Below, in pieces: positions 7,738 through 20,608 of a DNA stretch of 64,000 nt (its first letter is position 1; every line of letters begins with the position of its first letter). Both the position numbers and the translations under genes were made by a program. The notes beneath the pieces were generated by a model. The model made no database searches. It was not told the origin of the DNA and was given only the letters and a program-made list of their open reading frames with translations. The stretch spans positions 96,001-160,000 of the forward strand of contig CBDCTZ010000012.1 of NCBI GenBank assembly GCA_965222375.1. The letters are read 5' to 3'. The DNA is from Polyangiaceae bacterium. GTDB taxonomy: Bacteria; Myxococcota_A; Polyangia; Polyangiales; Polyangiaceae.

Positions 7738-8460
7738 CTAGCTGGCTCGGGGGATCACGCGGGCGATCGCGTGCTCGCTGTGGATGCGTTCGAGGGCGTG
7801 TTCGATGCACTGATGAAACCAGCTATGGGCTGGGCCGTTGTCGTGCACGGTGCGCGATGCAGAGCGCTGACTTTGGTGCTTGCGGCTCGTGTCGAGTCGA
7901 GGGCTTCGGATGACTAACTTGCCGTCCTTGAAGCGCGCGTCGCCGTCGCCCATGGCGCCGAGCACAGCATCCGCGAGGACGCTTTGACGCTCACTTGGGA
8001 CCTCGGCCTCGAAGATGACCTCGATGTTCACGGTGGTCTTGTTGCGTCGCGAGCCCAGCCCGCGCTCATAGGCTTCGATTTGGATCTCAAAGGGGCGGGC
8101 GGCGAGCCACGCACGTTCTCGGTTGGCCTTCAGTTTGGCAAGCCAGTCGAGGCCCAGCGCCAGAAACAGCACCGTGACGACCAGCGGCCCCACAAGCACC
8201 ACGAAGAACAAAGGCCCACCCGGAAGGAAGGGCTGTTGTCCGTGAACCAGGATGGCCATGCAGGCCCAGAGTAAAGTCACGAAGACCAACCCGATTGGCA
8301 GTGCCCGGGAAACCCCACCTCCGGCCAGGGACATGTCGATCAACGCCTGGCGCGCGCCATCCTCGCGCTCTCGCTTCTCCCGCGCTTTGTGCGCCTTTTG
8401 CTGCCGTCGCTTGCTGCGCGTCCTGTCGCCCCGTGCCGCAAGTTGGTCCAGTTCGCTCAT
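7738..8460 (-). CDS. Hypothetical membrane protein (2 TM helices)
   Basis: 240-aa ORF, basic N-terminus followed by two hydrophobic segments. Confidence 0.7.
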   Translation of the reverse strand: MSELDQLAARGDRTRSKRRQQKAHKAREKREREDGARQALIDMSLAGGGVSRALPIGLVFVTLLWACMAILVHGQQPFLPGGPLFFVVLVGPLVVTVLFLALGLDWLAKLKANRERAWLAARPFEIQIEAYERGLGSRRNKTTVNIEVIFEAEVPSERQSVLADAVLGAMGDGDARFKDGKLVIRSPRLDTSRKHQSQRSASRTVHDNGPAHSWFHQCIEHALERIHSEHAIARVIPRAS

Positions 8461-8613
8461 GATCCTGGAACCAAGCTACCCGACTCGACCCTCGCGGTAA
8501 ACGCCGCCCAAGGAGGCCCACAATCGGTGTCTCCACTCCCCGGCTCAGTGGACTACCTGGCCCCCCCTAGCCCGATGCGGCTCCAGGAGGCCGCGACGGA
8601 GTGCAGCACGGCG

Positions 8614-9111
8614 CTACATGAACGAAACGCCAACACTGAACGAGGGATATCCGATTCGCATCGTGAGCGCGATGGAGTCGGAGAAATGATATCGGCCGCC
8701 AGCGTAGAACGCCGGGCGGAACTTGGCACCGGAGTCAAACCAGGTGCCGAGCCCGGGTTCCCCAAATACGGACCAGTCGTCGCTCAGCCAGAAGTTCCAC
8801 TGCATCACGACCGGCACCCAGAGACCGTTGTTGCCGGCGGAAAGGCCGGGCATGTCCGCACCGACTCCAATCCCGACGGTGTTGTTGATGGATTTCACAA
8901 AGCCGTTGTCCACCAATTCGAACGTGGCCCTGAAGCCGGGACCCAGACCTCGCCCATTATCGATGCCTGGCAGATCGACTAGGCCGAACACGGCATGGGG
9001 TTCCAGCTCCACGAAGTAGTCGGGGTGTGCCCCCGGTTGTTTGATTTGCGCTAGGCACGGTGCGGTAAGTGACGTAACGACAACAAATAGGGCGATCTGA
9101 CGTAGAAGCAT
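8614..9111 (-). CDS. Hypothetical secreted protein, probable small outer-membrane beta-barrel
   Basis: Signal peptide, amphipathic beta strands, ends VGVSFM. Confidence 0.7.
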   Translation of the reverse strand: MLLRQIALFVVVTSLTAPCLAQIKQPGAHPDYFVELEPHAVFGLVDLPGIDNGRGLGPGFRATFELVDNGFVKSINNTVGIGVGADMPGLSAGNNGLWVPVVMQWNFWLSDDWSVFGEPGLGTWFDSGAKFRPAFYAGGRYHFSDSIALTMRIGYPSFSVGVSFM

Positions 9112-9278
9112 GCCCCAGGCTCAGCAAGTCCCATTCCTCAATGGGACGAAGCGCTAGCGTGGCGTCCGCGGCGCTCAGCTAGTCGTCTGTAGACGACAAA
9201 TGTCGGCAGCAGCCTGCACCAGAGTATCAACGCATGCGCCCAAACACGGTGGCATGCGAAGTGCTTATGCCGGCAAGT

Positions 9279-9974
9279 ATGGGATTGGGTAGGCGCGCGG
9301 CGGCGGAGGTTTTCGGCACGTTCTGGTTGGTCTTCGGGGGCTGCGGCAGTGCAGTGCTCGCTGCTGCCTTTCCGGACGTCGGAATAGGGTTACTGGGCGT
9401 CTCGCTCGCGTTTGGGTTGACCGTAATGACGATGGCATATGCCATCGGTCACATCTCTGGCTGTCACCTCAATCCAGCCGTCACCTTCGGGCTGGTCGCT
9501 GCCCGCCGTTTTCCCCTGGGTGAAGCCATTCCGTACATCGCAGCGCAGGTGCTCGGAGGCGTGCTAGGCGCTGCAACGCTCTACCTGATTGCGTCGGGGA
9601 AGGCCGGATTCGACGTTGGTGCCGGGTTCGCCGCCAACGGATTTGGTGAGCACTCTCCCGGCAGCTACACGTTGCTATCTGCAGCGGTTGCTGAGGTTGT
9701 TCTCACGGCCTTCTTCCTTTTCATCATTTGCGGGGCTACCGACGACCGCGCGCCGCTGGGGTTTGCTCCCATCGCCATCGGACTGGGTTTGACGCTGATC
9801 CATCTGATTGGCATTCCTGTGACCAACCTTTCCGTCAATCCCGCTCGCAGCACTGGGCCTGCCGTTTTCGTTGGCGGGTGGGCGCTGCAGCAGCTGTGGC
9901 TGTTTTGGGTTGCGCCTCTCGCCGGAGGACTGCTCGGTGGAGCCCTCTACGACCGAGTCTTCGGTGACGGTTGA
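9279..9974 (+). CDS. aqpZ: Aquaporin Z
   Basis: [31 protein letters not shown] and SVNPARS (two NPA motifs). Confidence 0.97.
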   Translation: MGLGRRAAAEVFGTFWLVFGGCGSAVLAAAFPDVGIGLLGVSLAFGLTVMTMAYAIGHISGCHLNPAVTFGLVAARRFPLGEAIPYIAAQVLGGVLGAATLYLIASGKAGFDVGAGFAANGFGEHSPGSYTLLSAAVAEVVLTAFFLFIICGATDDRAPLGFAPIAIGLGLTLIHLIGIPVTNLSVNPARSTGPAVFVGGWALQQLWLFWVAPLAGGLLGGALYDRVFGDG

Positions 9975-10024
9975 GCCCAACCGACAGAACCACACTTGCT
10001 TTCACAACTTATGAAAGGGAAACC

Positions 10025-11269
10025 ATGCCATCCTTGACGAATTCAGTTCGCCTTGCTGCGCTCATGCCCCTCACCCTCGCCGTCGCCAACTGCGGCGCCA
10101 TCCCAGGGTTCCCCGGGGGCGGCGACTGTCCAGACAGTCCGGAAGCAGCGATGCGCGCCAGTTTTGGACTCAAGGGTGAAGCGGAGGGAAAGGTCAAAGC
10201 AGCTCTGGCAGCGGGTGCCGCGCTTCAAGGGCTTGCAGCTGAGGTGGAGGCCGACGTTGCTACGGCTTGCGGAAACTTGGCTAAGGACCTTGGCGCCTCC
10301 GATGACGAGATCGAAGCGGAAGACGACGGTCCGGGGAAGAAGGCGGAGGCGGCGTGTCAAGCGGCCGTGAAGGCGCTCGGCTCACTGAAGGCGAAGGCGA
10401 GCGGATCTCTCCAGGTGAAGGTCGTGCCGCCCAAGTGCTCCGCCAGCATGAATGCGATGGCCGATTGCGCTGCGGAATGCGACGCGAACATCGAGCCGGG
10501 TTCAGCGAAGGTGAAGTGCGAAGGTGGTGAGCTCAGCGGCAAGTGTAGTGGAAAATGCTCCGGCAGCTGTACCGTGGAAGCGGGGGCGGCGTGCGAAGGT
10601 TCTTGCTCGGCCACCTGCGAAGGCAGCTGCGAAGGCAAGTTCAGCGGTGAATGCGAAGGCAAGTGCAATGGAACCTGCAACGGAGCTAGCACCAGCGGCG
10701 GTTCCTGCGACGGGACCTGCGATGGCACTTGCGAGGGCTCCGCTTCCGGGAGTTGTGCGGGTACCTGCAAGGGCGAGTGCTCGGCGCAGTGCGAGATCAA
10801 AGGCAAGGCGGACTGCAGCGGAACTTGCTCCGGTGGGTGTAGCGTGGAACTCGAGGCCCCCAAGTGCAGTGGCGAGGTCAAGCCTCCGAAAATGAGTGCA
10901 GAATGTGAAGCGAGCTGCGATGCACAGGTGAGTGGGAAGGTAGAGTGCGTGCCGGCTCAGGTTCGGGTAACCATCGCGGGTGCGGCAGATGCGGCGGCCG
11001 CAACCAAGCTGAAAGGTGCCCTCAAGGCAAACCTGCCTGCGCTTCTGAAAGTCACGTTGGGGCTGAAAGGCAAGCTGGAAGCCGCAGTAGGCAACGTCAA
11101 GACGGCGCTCGCCGGCGCGAAATCGGTCGTGTCCGGTGGCGGCGAAGGCGCCCTCAAGGCAGGTGCGTGCATCGCAGCGTCCCTCAAAGCCCAAGCGGAC
11201 GCTGCAGTCTCCATCAACGTGTCGGTGAAGGCCAGCGCGTCAGCCAGTGGCGAAGCGGGCGCCGGCTGA
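10025..11269 (+). CDS. Cys-rich lipoprotein with C-x-G-x-C repeats (myxobacterial type)
   Basis: Lipobox-like AVANC; central (CxGx)n tract; GAAAGGGA SD. Confidence 0.85.
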   Translation: MPSLTNSVRLAALMPLTLAVANCGAIPGFPGGGDCPDSPEAAMRASFGLKGEAEGKVKAALAAGAALQGLAAEVEADVATACGNLAKDLGASDDEIEAEDDGPGKKAEAACQAAVKALGSLKAKASGSLQVKVVPPKCSASMNAMADCAAECDANIEPGSAKVKCEGGELSGKCSGKCSGSCTVEAGAACEGSCSATCEGSCEGKFSGECEGKCNGTCNGASTSGGSCDGTCDGTCEGSASGSCAGTCKGECSAQCEIKGKADCSGTCSGGCSVELEAPKCSGEVKPPKMSAECEASCDAQVSGKVECVPAQVRVTIAGAADAAAATKLKGALKANLPALLKVTLGLKGKLEAAVGNVKTALAGAKSVVSGGGEGALKAGACIAASLKAQADAAVSINVSVKASASASGEAGAG

Positions 11270-11290
11270 CCCGCAGCGCGGCAATTCACG

Positions 11291-11601
11291 CCTGCTGCGG
11301 GCGACCAGCTCGAGCTGTTCGAAGCGGAACGCTAGAACGCTCCCGCTGGGCCTGACTCCTCCACCACGTGTTTCGCGCCGACGTCGAGACCGGCCCTCAG
11401 TGCGGCGGACCGATGCGCTGGGTCGAGGCGGGCGCGCTCCGCGATACCCGGAGGGGTGCCGCTACCCCCGATGCCATCGCCTGCTTGCTGGCCGAGCATG
11501 GACAGTCTCCAACCTGGGATGGGCTCGGCCCACGCGCACCCCCGAGGGCATCCGTGGCTGAGGCATTCGGGCAGATCGAGTTGCCGTTTGCGAGTGCCTG
11601 A
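11291..11601 (+). pseudogene. 3' remnant of an IS91-like (HUH/Y2) transposase
   Basis: GDQLELF, then RSRWA*LLHHVFRADVETGPQCGGPMRWVEA..DAIACLLAEHG..LGPRAPP..GQIELPF; resembles the W..LL.RVF..DV..CP.CGG.M C-terminus of this family; contains stops and a frameshift. Confidence 0.65.
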
Positions 11602-11744
11602 GCGCTCCAGCGGGCAGCTCGGGCAGGCCTTTGCGCCGTCGTCAGCCAGCGCCCCGCTTCGCTCGCGGATCTCCGCCAACCGGACCCGCCATCGCACGCT
11701 GACCGCCTCAAATGGCGCTGTCTCAAAGCTGCCAGCCTGCGGGC

Positions 11745-14700
11745 CTACTTCGGCGTTTCCGGAAAATCGCAGTTCGTTCTTCCTTGGCGTCGAAGGCTAA
11801 ACTTCTTGAGCTTGCGATAAAACGTTGCTCGAGGGATCCCGAGACTGCGAGCCGCTTCGGAGACGTTCCAACCCTGGGCAGAAAGCGCCGCAAGCATAGC
11901 GCGCTTCAACTCATGACCACGCAGTTTCTGCCTTGGCATCGAGGCCTCTAGATCGAGATCCGACTCGCGGATCGTTTCCCCTTGGGCGGCCAGGCAGGCA
12001 CGCGTGAGCACGTTTTCCAACTGCCGAACATTGCCAGGCCAATCGGCTCGCACCAATCTGCTGAGGGCCGCCGGGTGCAGCTTCGGTGGCGGCCGCTTCA
12101 AGCGCTCGGCAAGATTCGCCAGGACGTGTGCAGCAAGTGCCGGAAGGTCCTGGGGGCGTTCTCGCAGGGATGGAACACGAACATCGAAAACCGCGATCCT
12201 ATAGTAGAGATCTTCCCGAAAGCGCTGCTCGGCCACTTCGACCTGAAGGTCACGATTCGTGGCGAATAGCAGGCGCGCAGTGATCGGTACTACCGCGGCA
12301 CCGCCCAAAGGCCGCACTTCGCGTTCTTGCAAAGCGCGCAACAGCTTAACCTGCATACTCGCGGGCATCTCGCCGACTTCGTCCAAGAAGAGCGTCCCGG
12401 CGGAAGCCAGCTGGAAGTAACCCGGGTGATCGCGCACCGCGCCCGTGAAGGCGCCCTTCGTGTAACCAAAAAGCTCTCCTTCGAGCAGGGCTTCGGGCAC
12501 CGCGCCGCAGTTGACCGCCACAAAAGGGCCGGCGCGTTTCGGGCTCTCTTCGTGCAGAGCGCGCGCCAACACTTCTTTGCCGGTTCCGCTCTCGCCCCAC
12601 ATAAGCACGTTGAGCTCGGTGTCGACGACGCGCTCGAGCCGCTCGAAAACGGCCTGCATCGCTGGGCTATCGCCAATCACGCTACCAAAGGTCTGGCGCC
12701 GGGGTCGGGCGCGCTGCTGCTCAATCTCGCGCTCGAGCTGTGCAATCTGATCCTCACGTCCCGCCAGAATCTCTCGGACTCGATCACGCTCTATCTCCAG
12801 TTGCTCGGTGCGCTCGCGCAGCTGGTCGTGCAGCCGCGCGTTCTCAAGGGCAATCGCCACTTGGTCCGCAAAGGCCAGCATGCGCTCCAGGTCGGCGCCA
12901 CTGAACTCTCCGCGTCGATAGCGATGGTCAACGTAGATGGCGCCAACGATGCTGCGCTCTGTCCTAATGGGCACGCATAGGACCGATGTCAAACCAAGAG
13001 CGTGTACCGACTGACTTTGCTCAAAACGGTGATCCACTTGCGCATCCACCGTGAGCGCAGGCTCCCCGGAGTCGATGACGCTAACAGCGATGTCGCGACT
13101 GAACTTGATCTTGGCGCGCTCAACACGCTGTCGATCGATGTTGCGCGCCACCGGGACCTTCAAAGCACCATCCACTCCGTCCCGCAGGATCAAGAACCCG
13201 CGCTCGGCGCCGCTGAGCTCAATGGCTGCCTCCATAGTTTCTTTGAGCACCTGCTGGGGCGCCAAGCTTGAATTGAGGCGGCGGTTGATCTCCACGAAAC
13301 GCCGTAGCTGCCGAGCTGCCGTTTCCCCAGAGGGAGCTCCGTCTTGCGGGGCCACCTCGCGGAGCTGCTGCGCCGCCGCGCGCTCCGGGTGAGCGTCGAA
13401 GGCGTCGCGCGCGGACGCTGGCAAACCGAGCCGCAGACGTTCCCAGCCGCTTGCTGCCAAATCGCGATGGTGCTCTGCCAAGCGCGGACTCTGCGCGGCG
13501 ATGTAGGCTTCGGCGAGGCGACTGTGCATTCGAGTCACCAACAACCGCCGCTTGGTTGCTTCGGCAAGGGCGAGCCCGCGCTCAAGCAGCTCGATGGCTT
13601 CGGCGGCGCGCTGCTCACTGAGTGCCTGGCCAGCGACTGCCCAAAGCGCCGACGCTAAGGTATCGTCTGCAGCCAGCGCCTCGGCACGCTTGAGGATCTC
13701 GTCAAGCTCTTGCGGATCGTTGGCAGTGCCCGTCAGACGAGCGACTTCGACATGTTGGATCCGAACCTCGATCGATTCGAGCCGCGACCCTTGAGCCTCA
13801 AACGCGTTGGCCGCCTGCACCAAGTGCGGGCCCGCGCTTTCGCGACCCAAGAAAAGGGCGGATTCGCCCAGGGTGGCTCGCGCGGTGTTGGCCAAGAAGT
13901 CTAGCTCCAAGGCATCCGCTAGCTGTAGAGCACGGTCGGCGTGGCGCTCAGCCTGCGCGAAGAGCCCGATGTCGCATTCCAGGCGCGCCAGGTTGGTCAA
14001 CAGATTGGCCTGAGTGTTGTCGAGCTGCTGTGCCTGAGCAATCTGGAGCCCGCGGTGGTAAGCGGCATACGCTTCGGCGAACTCACCCAGTTGGTGGGCA
14101 GCTACACCACGATTCATCGTCGTGACCGCCGCCAGGTCATCCAGATGGGAAGCCTCCACAATCGACTGCGCGTTGCGGTAGTGCTCCGCTGCCGCAAGTG
14201 GATCACCGCCTCGGTAGGCGCAAAACGCTAGAGCGCTCTGCTGTCGAAGGCGCAGACGTGAGCTACCAATCCCTGCAGCGGCTCGAAGCCTTGGATGTAA
14301 CTTGGCAAGGTCAGCGTCTCGAGCCAGATACGCGAAAGCCATCGCCATCGTGCAGCCCAAGGACAGCCTGAGCTCGTGAGACATTTCCAAATCCAACGTG
14401 CTCTGTGCGGCCTCCAAAGCCGCCGATGCATTCCCCTGACGCAGCAGCGTCAAGGCGCGTCCGTCCAAGGCCGCGGCCCGCGCCCGAGGGTCCTGATGGG
14501 CTAGCTCGATCGCCTTGTCGAACTGCCGTCGTGCACGTTGCAGAGAGCCCATGCCCAAGTAGCATTGCCCAGCCACGGTTCGTGCCCGGACGGATTCCGC
14601 GTCGGGTGGGCGCTTGCGCAAGATCCTAGCCACCTCAGCCAACGCCTCCCGCACAGCTCCGGACTCGGCCAGGAACTCAGACACCGTCAACTTGGTTGCA

Positions 14701-16538
14701 GTTGACGTTCCGACGTGACTGAGGGTGACGATAACCTCCAACAACTCTGCCGACGCTTCGTCGGCAAGTCCAGGGTGAGCGACAAGCCACTGAGCTGCTT
14801 CGTCGGCCCGTCCAAGCCGACAGAGATGATGCACAATCCGCGTGAAAAGACGGTAACGTTGCCGCCTTTCAGACACGTTGCCGAAACGCTCCTGGTAATG
14901 GTCCAATAGACGTCGGTGTTCGACCGCCAGAAGCTCCGTGCCGAAATGCTCTACCAGACGTTCGGCGTCTGCCGGTCGCGTCAGGCGATAACCGTCCTCC
15001 ACCCTAGAAAGCCAACCCGCATCCACAAGGAGTGCTAGATCGCTGAGCGACAAGCCCAACTGCAGGGCTTCGGCGTGCGCGAAATGCCCACGATTGGCCG
15101 CCAACCAGCGTAGCGTTTGTCGCACCGACTCGGGAAAACGATCGATCGTCACCCTTTGCGCTTCTGACAGCGCCTGGGTGGCAGCCTGATGCTGAAGATC
15201 TCCCACCGCGAAGTCTTCAAACGCTAGACTACGACTCAGGGCGACCACCTCCCCGGGATTGCCCGCGGTAGCCCTGAGGACGGAATCCAATTCGACCTGG
15301 GAAAGCCCCTGCGGCAACCAGAGGCGCAAGTCCGCCTTGGAGAGTGCGCCCAGGCGCACAACGACAGCATGATCGATGCCGTTTCCTGGATCAGCCTCAC
15401 TGGAACAGAGCAGCCTGACCCGAGGAGTCTCTGCACAAGCCGCGAGCAGAGCCTGCCACAAACGTCGTTCCGTTTCGACCAGGCGGTCGGCATCATCAAG
15501 CACCAGTAGAACCGGCGTTGGTCCCGCATTCAGCACATTCAACGCCTCGAGTGCTCCGCCAAGGCCATGGACGGAATCGTCGTTGGCGGCGAAACGCAGC
15601 ATCTCCAAGATCGGCGAGGGATGATTGACGCGCCCGTGGACAATGGTTGCGGTCGCAGAAGCGCGCCAAGCCAATTCCCGAAGCAAACGGCTCTTGCCTA
15701 TGCCAGCGGGCCCGGTCAGCCAGAAGCAACTTGGCCCGCCGTCACCTTGGCGCCAAGCTTCGAAGGCCGCCGTCCACTGCTCGCGCCCGACCAACTTCTG
15801 GCTCAGGCCGGCTACACTTCTGCGTTCCGGCAGTTGCCAACCGAGGCGCTCAAGCACGTCGGCGACATTTGCGGGCCGCCGCACAGGCTCGCGCTCGGTG
15901 AGCTCGCCAATCAAACGAGTCAGGGCCGCCGATGGCCGCTGGACAAGTCCCCGCAGGCAGACACCAAGCGCAAAAAGATCCGTGCGTTCATCGCAGATGC
16001 CTCCGCGCAGCTCGGGTGCCGCGTGGGACATCGTGCCCGAAAACGATTCTGCTCGAGAACCAATGGCACGCGCCGAGCTGAGATCAATCAACTTGGTCTC
16101 ACGACCTTGGTCGTCCACAACGATGTTGTCGGCCTTGAAGTCTCCGTGCAACAAACCGTGTTGGTGGAGGCATTCGAGCCCATGTAGTGCGCCCAACAGC
16201 GCTGACTTCTGCTGCTTCAAAGTAACGGCAGGCCGTAGCGCTTTTCCTGGCGCGTACTGCGTCGTGAGGTAGTGGGGTCGCTGCTCCAATTCGTGGGCGA
16301 CACCCAGATCCAGCACCTGACACAGGTTGGGATGCACCAACTGACACAGGGTCCAGGCTTCGCGGCGAAGGATCTCGCCACGCTCTGGGCTAACGCTATG
16401 GAGCAGCTTAAGAGTAACGGTGCGCCCGTCCAGCCGATCCCGGGCCCTGAAGACGCGGGCCAGCCCACCCTCCCCGAGGCGACTCACCAGCTCATAGCGA
16501 CAGGCGACTCGACGCTCTGGAATACTATCAGCACTCAT
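11745..16538 (-). CDS. Ser/Thr kinase - AAA ATPase - TPR - GAF - sigma54 enhancer-binding protein - HTH fusion
   Basis: [17 protein letters not shown] kinase motifs, [11 protein letters not shown]-like helices, [30 protein letters not shown], Fis-type HTH. Confidence 0.93.
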   Translation of the reverse strand: MSADSIPERRVACRYELVSRLGEGGLARVFRARDRLDGRTVTLKLLHSVSPERGEILRREAWTLCQLVHPNLCQVLDLGVAHELEQRPHYLTTQYAPGKALRPAVTLKQQKSALLGALHGLECLHQHGLLHGDFKADNIVVDDQGRETKLIDLSSARAIGSRAESFSGTMSHAAPELRGGICDERTDLFALGVCLRGLVQRPSAALTRLIGELTEREPVRRPANVADVLERLGWQLPERRSVAGLSQKLVGREQWTAAFEAWRQGDGGPSCFWLTGPAGIGKSRLLRELAWRASATATIVHGRVNHPSPILEMLRFAANDDSVHGLGGALEALNVLNAGPTPVLLVLDDADRLVETERRLWQALLAACAETPRVRLLCSSEADPGNGIDHAVVVRLGALSKADLRLWLPQGLSQVELDSVLRATAGNPGEVVALSRSLAFEDFAVGDLQHQAATQALSEAQRVTIDRFPESVRQTLRWLAANRGHFAHAEALQLGLSLSDLALLVDAGWLSRVEDGYRLTRPADAERLVEHFGTELLAVEHRRLLDHYQERFGNVSERRQRYRLFTRIVHHLCRLGRADEAAQWLVAHPGLADEASAELLEVIVTLSHVGTSTATKLTVSEFLAESGAVREALAEVARILRKRPPDAESVRARTVAGQCYLGMGSLQRARRQFDKAIELAHQDPRARAAALDGRALTLLRQGNASAALEAAQSTLDLEMSHELRLSLGCTMAMAFAYLARDADLAKLHPRLRAAAGIGSSRLRLRQQSALAFCAYRGGDPLAAAEHYRNAQSIVEASHLDDLAAVTTMNRGVAAHQLGEFAEAYAAYHRGLQIAQAQQLDNTQANLLTNLARLECDIGLFAQAERHADRALQLADALELDFLANTARATLGESALFLGRESAGPHLVQAANAFEAQGSRLESIEVRIQHVEVARLTGTANDPQELDEILKRAEALAADDTLASALWAVAGQALSEQRAAEAIELLERGLALAEATKRRLLVTRMHSRLAEAYIAAQSPRLAEHHRDLAASGWERLRLGLPASARDAFDAHPERAAAQQLREVAPQDGAPSGETAARQLRRFVEINRRLNSSLAPQQVLKETMEAAIELSGAERGFLILRDGVDGALKVPVARNIDRQRVERAKIKFSRDIAVSVIDSGEPALTVDAQVDHRFEQSQSVHALGLTSVLCVPIRTERSIVGAIYVDHRYRRGEFSGADLERMLAFADQVAIALENARLHDQLRERTEQLEIERDRVREILAGREDQIAQLEREIEQQRARPRRQTFGSVIGDSPAMQAVFERLERVVDTELNVLMWGESGTGKEVLARALHEESPKRAGPFVAVNCGAVPEALLEGELFGYTKGAFTGAVRDHPGYFQLASAGTLFLDEVGEMPASMQVKLLRALQEREVRPLGGAAVVPITARLLFATNRDLQVEVAEQRFREDLYYRIAVFDVRVPSLRERPQDLPALAAHVLANLAERLKRPPPKLHPAALSRLVRADWPGNVRQLENVLTRACLAAQGETIRESDLDLEASMPRQKLRGHELKRAMLAALSAQGWNVSEAARSLGIPRATFYRKLKKFSLRRQGRTNCDFPETPK

Positions 16539-16563
16539 GTCTCACTCATGGCACATGAGACAT
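16537..16563. promoter_or_regulatory. Palindromic putative enhancer (UAS) site
   Basis: ATGTCTCA-N11-TGAGACAT, overlapping the activator start codon and about 75 bp upstream of a sigma54 promoter. Confidence 0.6.
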
Positions 16564-16637
16564 TCTGATACATAATTGCGACGTAGACAATGGCACGTTC
16601 CGTAGAAAATCTTCAAAAAATGGCAGAATCACGCAAT

Positions 16638-16653
16638 TGGCACGAGGCATGCT
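16638..16653 (+). promoter_or_regulatory. Sigma54 (-24/-12) promoter
   Basis: TGGCACGAGGCATGCT with correct GG-N10-GC spacing, divergent from a bEBP gene. Confidence 0.75.
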
Positions 16654-16665
16654 TACTTAATCAGC

Positions 16666-17361
16666 ATGATCCGTGGAACCCAGCTATTGCTACTCACCTC
16701 GCTGCTCGTCAGCTGTGGCGAAGCGGATCGGCGCCAAGCGGTCCGACCCCAGCCTCAGCCGGTGCCCGGCGTCCATCTCGTACTGGACGAAACGAAGGTC
16801 ACGATGACGCGGGACGGGGCTGACCTTCGAATCGTCGGTTCTGATGGAGCTGTGTCCGGCGAGGGTGCATCGGTTTGGGCAACCAACCTGGCCACAGATG
16901 CTCGCGAAGCACGGCAGAAGGCGGTCAAAGGCTCTTTTGATCTGCAGCTCGCGGGTAGCGACAACGACCCAATCATCGTGCAAGCCGGCCTTGGTAAGTA
17001 CCTGACAACCCGTGTCCTGCTCGGCAACCATCCGGTGATCGAGGCCTGCCTCCGCGCGGCACTACCAACGGCTTGGGCGCTCGAACGGGTCGACGTCGGG
17101 CAGGACTACTCCGCCGATATCCACTGGCAGGGCAGTTGTAGCGTGGAAGCGAGCATCACCGAGGTGCGACTTCAGCAGGGCAACCGCGGTTTTTCCTTCA
17201 AGACGAACACAGAGACTCACAACGCCCCGATCACGTTGACCTTTATGCCGCCCAACTCGGAGCCTGCATTCGACGTACTTCTCGTCGAGGTAAGTCAAAA
17301 CGGAGAAATGACAACGTTGCCCGTGAGTCTGATCGCCAACCTACCACCGCCACCAATCTAG
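16666..17361 (+). CDS. Hypothetical lipoprotein
   Basis: Signal peptide with LVSC lipobox; beta-rich mature part. Confidence 0.75.
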   Translation: MIRGTQLLLLTSLLVSCGEADRRQAVRPQPQPVPGVHLVLDETKVTMTRDGADLRIVGSDGAVSGEGASVWATNLATDAREARQKAVKGSFDLQLAGSDNDPIIVQAGLGKYLTTRVLLGNHPVIEACLRAALPTAWALERVDVGQDYSADIHWQGSCSVEASITEVRLQQGNRGFSFKTNTETHNAPITLTFMPPNSEPAFDVLLVEVSQNGEMTTLPVSLIANLPPPPI

Positions 17362-17363
17362 CC

Positions 17364-17409
17364 CGGACAACAGAGCCGGACAACAGCCAGAGCCGGACAA
17401 CAGCCAGAG
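17364..17409 (+). repeat. Short intergenic tandem repeat, 3 units of CCGGACAACAG(CCAG)AG
   Basis: Seen directly in sequence. Confidence 0.8.
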
Positions 17410-17478
17410 GGGGAAAGTCCAACGACCGTCCTTCGGGCGCAAGAGGGCCCGTTTGTTTCACAAACAAGGAGTAATCAC

Positions 17479-18024
17479 ATGCGACATTCAATTCAGTATT
17501 CATTCATCGCTCTGGGGCTGCTGCTCGCTTCTGGGTGCTCTGGCAACACGGGCGAGAAAGACGAAGCCAAGCCCTTGCTGCAGAACGTGGTCGCGAAAGG
17601 CAGCCTCAAGAACTGCAAGAACCCCAAGCTTGTCTGCACGCAATCGTATCCGGAAGTTTGCTACGAGTACTGCGACGACGACGCTCCCTGCCAAACCGTA
17701 GAGAGCTGCGCGATGAGCTACCCGGTGCAGTGTTTCGAAGAGTGCATCGAACCCAAGGTACCAGAAGAAGAATGTGCTGGTCCCGAGACGGTTGTCAGCT
17801 CTGACGGCGAGACCTTCCCGGTTTGCACCGACGAGGGGATCGCGGGTCCACCCGGCACAGGTGGCGGTAGTTCACCGGGCAATCCTGGCCCCGGGGGCGA
17901 AGACGGCTCTCCACCGAATCCCCCGGGTGGCGAGGACGGCTCTCCGCCGAACCCCCCAGGCAGCGAGGACGGCTCTCCGCCGAACCTCCCAGGCGGCGAG
18001 GACGGCTCTCCGCCAAGCAACTAA
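17479..18024 (+). CDS. Cys-rich lipoprotein with (GEDGSPPNPPG)x4 tail
   Basis: AAGGAG SD; LASGC lipobox; two C..SYP..C.E.C units; 33-bp tandem repeats at about 17893-18015. Confidence 0.8.
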   Translation: MRHSIQYSFIALGLLLASGCSGNTGEKDEAKPLLQNVVAKGSLKNCKNPKLVCTQSYPEVCYEYCDDDAPCQTVESCAMSYPVQCFEECIEPKVPEEECAGPETVVSSDGETFPVCTDEGIAGPPGTGGGSSPGNPGPGGEDGSPPNPPGGEDGSPPNPPGSEDGSPPNLPGGEDGSPPSN

Positions 18025-18034
18025 CGATCCAAGA

Positions 18035-18060
18035 CGCGCCCCGCCACTGCGTGGGGCGCG
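18035..18060. terminator. GC-rich hairpin between convergent genes
   Basis: CGCGCCCC..GGGGCGCG inverted repeat; no U-tract. Confidence 0.4.
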
Positions 18061-18209
18061 CTCCGCCGAGACGTATGAACGACCGACGAACAACGAACGA
18101 GCTTCGGACTCGATCCGAAGCAGGATGTGAGCGCGAGTGCGACATCGCAGGTGGTGGAAACAAAATTTTCCACCGCTCGCGGCACGCGGCGGTGCGTCGA
18201 GGTGCGCGG

Positions 18210-19397
<1,188 letters not shown>

Positions 19398-19426
19398 ATG
19401 CATCCCTCCGATTTTCGCGGTGGCGC

Positions 19427-20608
19427 TCAGAAGCGCAGGACCACTTTGGGGAAAGTCTGGATCTTGTCTTCGAAGTCGCCGACTTCGTATTTGTCGAAGT
19501 CGACGATGGGGCCGTCGCCGCGGTTGAGCATCACTTCCCAGATCAAGTCGTGGATGTTCGGCTGTCGGCTCTCCAACAGGTGTCTTGTGATGTGCCACGT
19601 TTCCGGGATGCGACGGCCAATCACGCTGTGCATGGCGATGCCGTCCACGATGACGCGGTCGAAGCTCTCGATGATGGCGTCGCCGCTCTTGAGGCCGAAG
19701 AGGATGACGTCGCCGCCTCGGCGCACGCAGTGGATGGCGTTGTTCACGCTGGAGTTCAGCCCGCTCATCTCCAGCACCACGTCCACGCCCACGCCGTCGG
19801 TCAGTTTGCGGATTTGCGCGCCCAACTCGGGATCGTGGGAGTAACCGTCCGGGCTGTCGCCGGGCACGAGAACGTTGTCGGCACCAAGGCGCCGCGCCAT
19901 CTCGGCGTGGCTGGCGACGGGCTCCACGCCGATGACCTGGTGGGCACCCAAGGCTCGGGCGATGGCAACGGCGAAGAGGCCAATCGTGCCGCAGCCAACG
20001 ATGGCGACGCGCTTACCTCGCAGGTTCACTTTTGTGCAGGCGTGCACGGCGTTGCCGAAGGGCTCTTGGACCGCGGCCACTTCGGGGCGGATCTTGTCCG
20101 TGTTGGTACGCCAAATCACCTTTGCAGGCAGCTTGACCAACTCGGCGAAGGCGCCGTCGTAGCTGATCCCGATGATCAAATCGTCGGCGCAGACGTGCGC
20201 GTCGCCTATTCGGCACTGATAGCAAACCCCGCAATAGATGTGACTCTCGGCGGCCACGAGGTCGCCGACCTCTAGGCCGTGGGTTCGGCTGGCATCGCTG
20301 CCGACGGCGACCACCTCGCCAAACAGCTCGTGACCGATGATTCGCCTGGCCTTGGCTGTCCGGGCTTCCTTGGCCTCGCGATCCAGCGAGCCGAAGATCA
20401 TGTCCTTGAAGGCGCGACGGAACCAGATCCCCCGATCGGACCCACAGAATCCGACGTAGCGGGGCTTGATCAGAACTCGGGAGCGATCGTGGTAATCGGC
20501 GCGCTCATCGAGGGTCGCCGCGTCCACTTCGACCATACGCAGGCCCTTGCTGCTCTCCCAGGGGTCGTGCTCACGGTCGTAGACCAGCGCTCGCATGGAC
20601 GGAGTCAT
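19427..20608 (-). CDS. tdh: Zn-dependent L-threonine 3-dehydrogenase-like protein
   Basis: [29 protein letters not shown]; immediately upstream of kbl. Confidence 0.8.
   Translation of the reverse strand: MTPSMRALVYDREHDPWESSKGLRMVEVDAATLDERADYHDRSRVLIKPRYVGFCGSDRGIWFRRAFKDMIFGSLDREAKEARTAKARRIIGHELFGEVVAVGSDASRTHGLEVGDLVAAESHIYCGVCYQCRIGDAHVCADDLIIGISYDGAFAELVKLPAKVIWRTNTDKIRPEVAAVQEPFGNAVHACTKVNLRGKRVAIVGCGTIGLFAVAIARALGAHQVIGVEPVASHAEMARRLGADNVLVPGDSPDGYSHDPELGAQIRKLTDGVGVDVVLEMSGLNSSVNNAIHCVRRGGDVILFGLKSGDAIIESFDRVIVDGIAMHSVIGRRIPETWHITRHLLESRQPNIHDLIWEVMLNRGDGPIVDFDKYEVGDFEDKIQTFPKVVLRF

Noticed and set aside
7133..7810. ORFs across the tandem array
   Set aside because: Stop-free only because of repeat composition; no SD or domain signal
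16590..16606. Second sigma54 promoter at TGGCACGTTCCGTAG
   Set aside because: Has the -24 element but lacks GC at -12
17479..18024. RiPP precursor with repeated cores
   Set aside because: It is a lipoprotein with a Pro/Gly tail, and no modifying enzymes are adjacent
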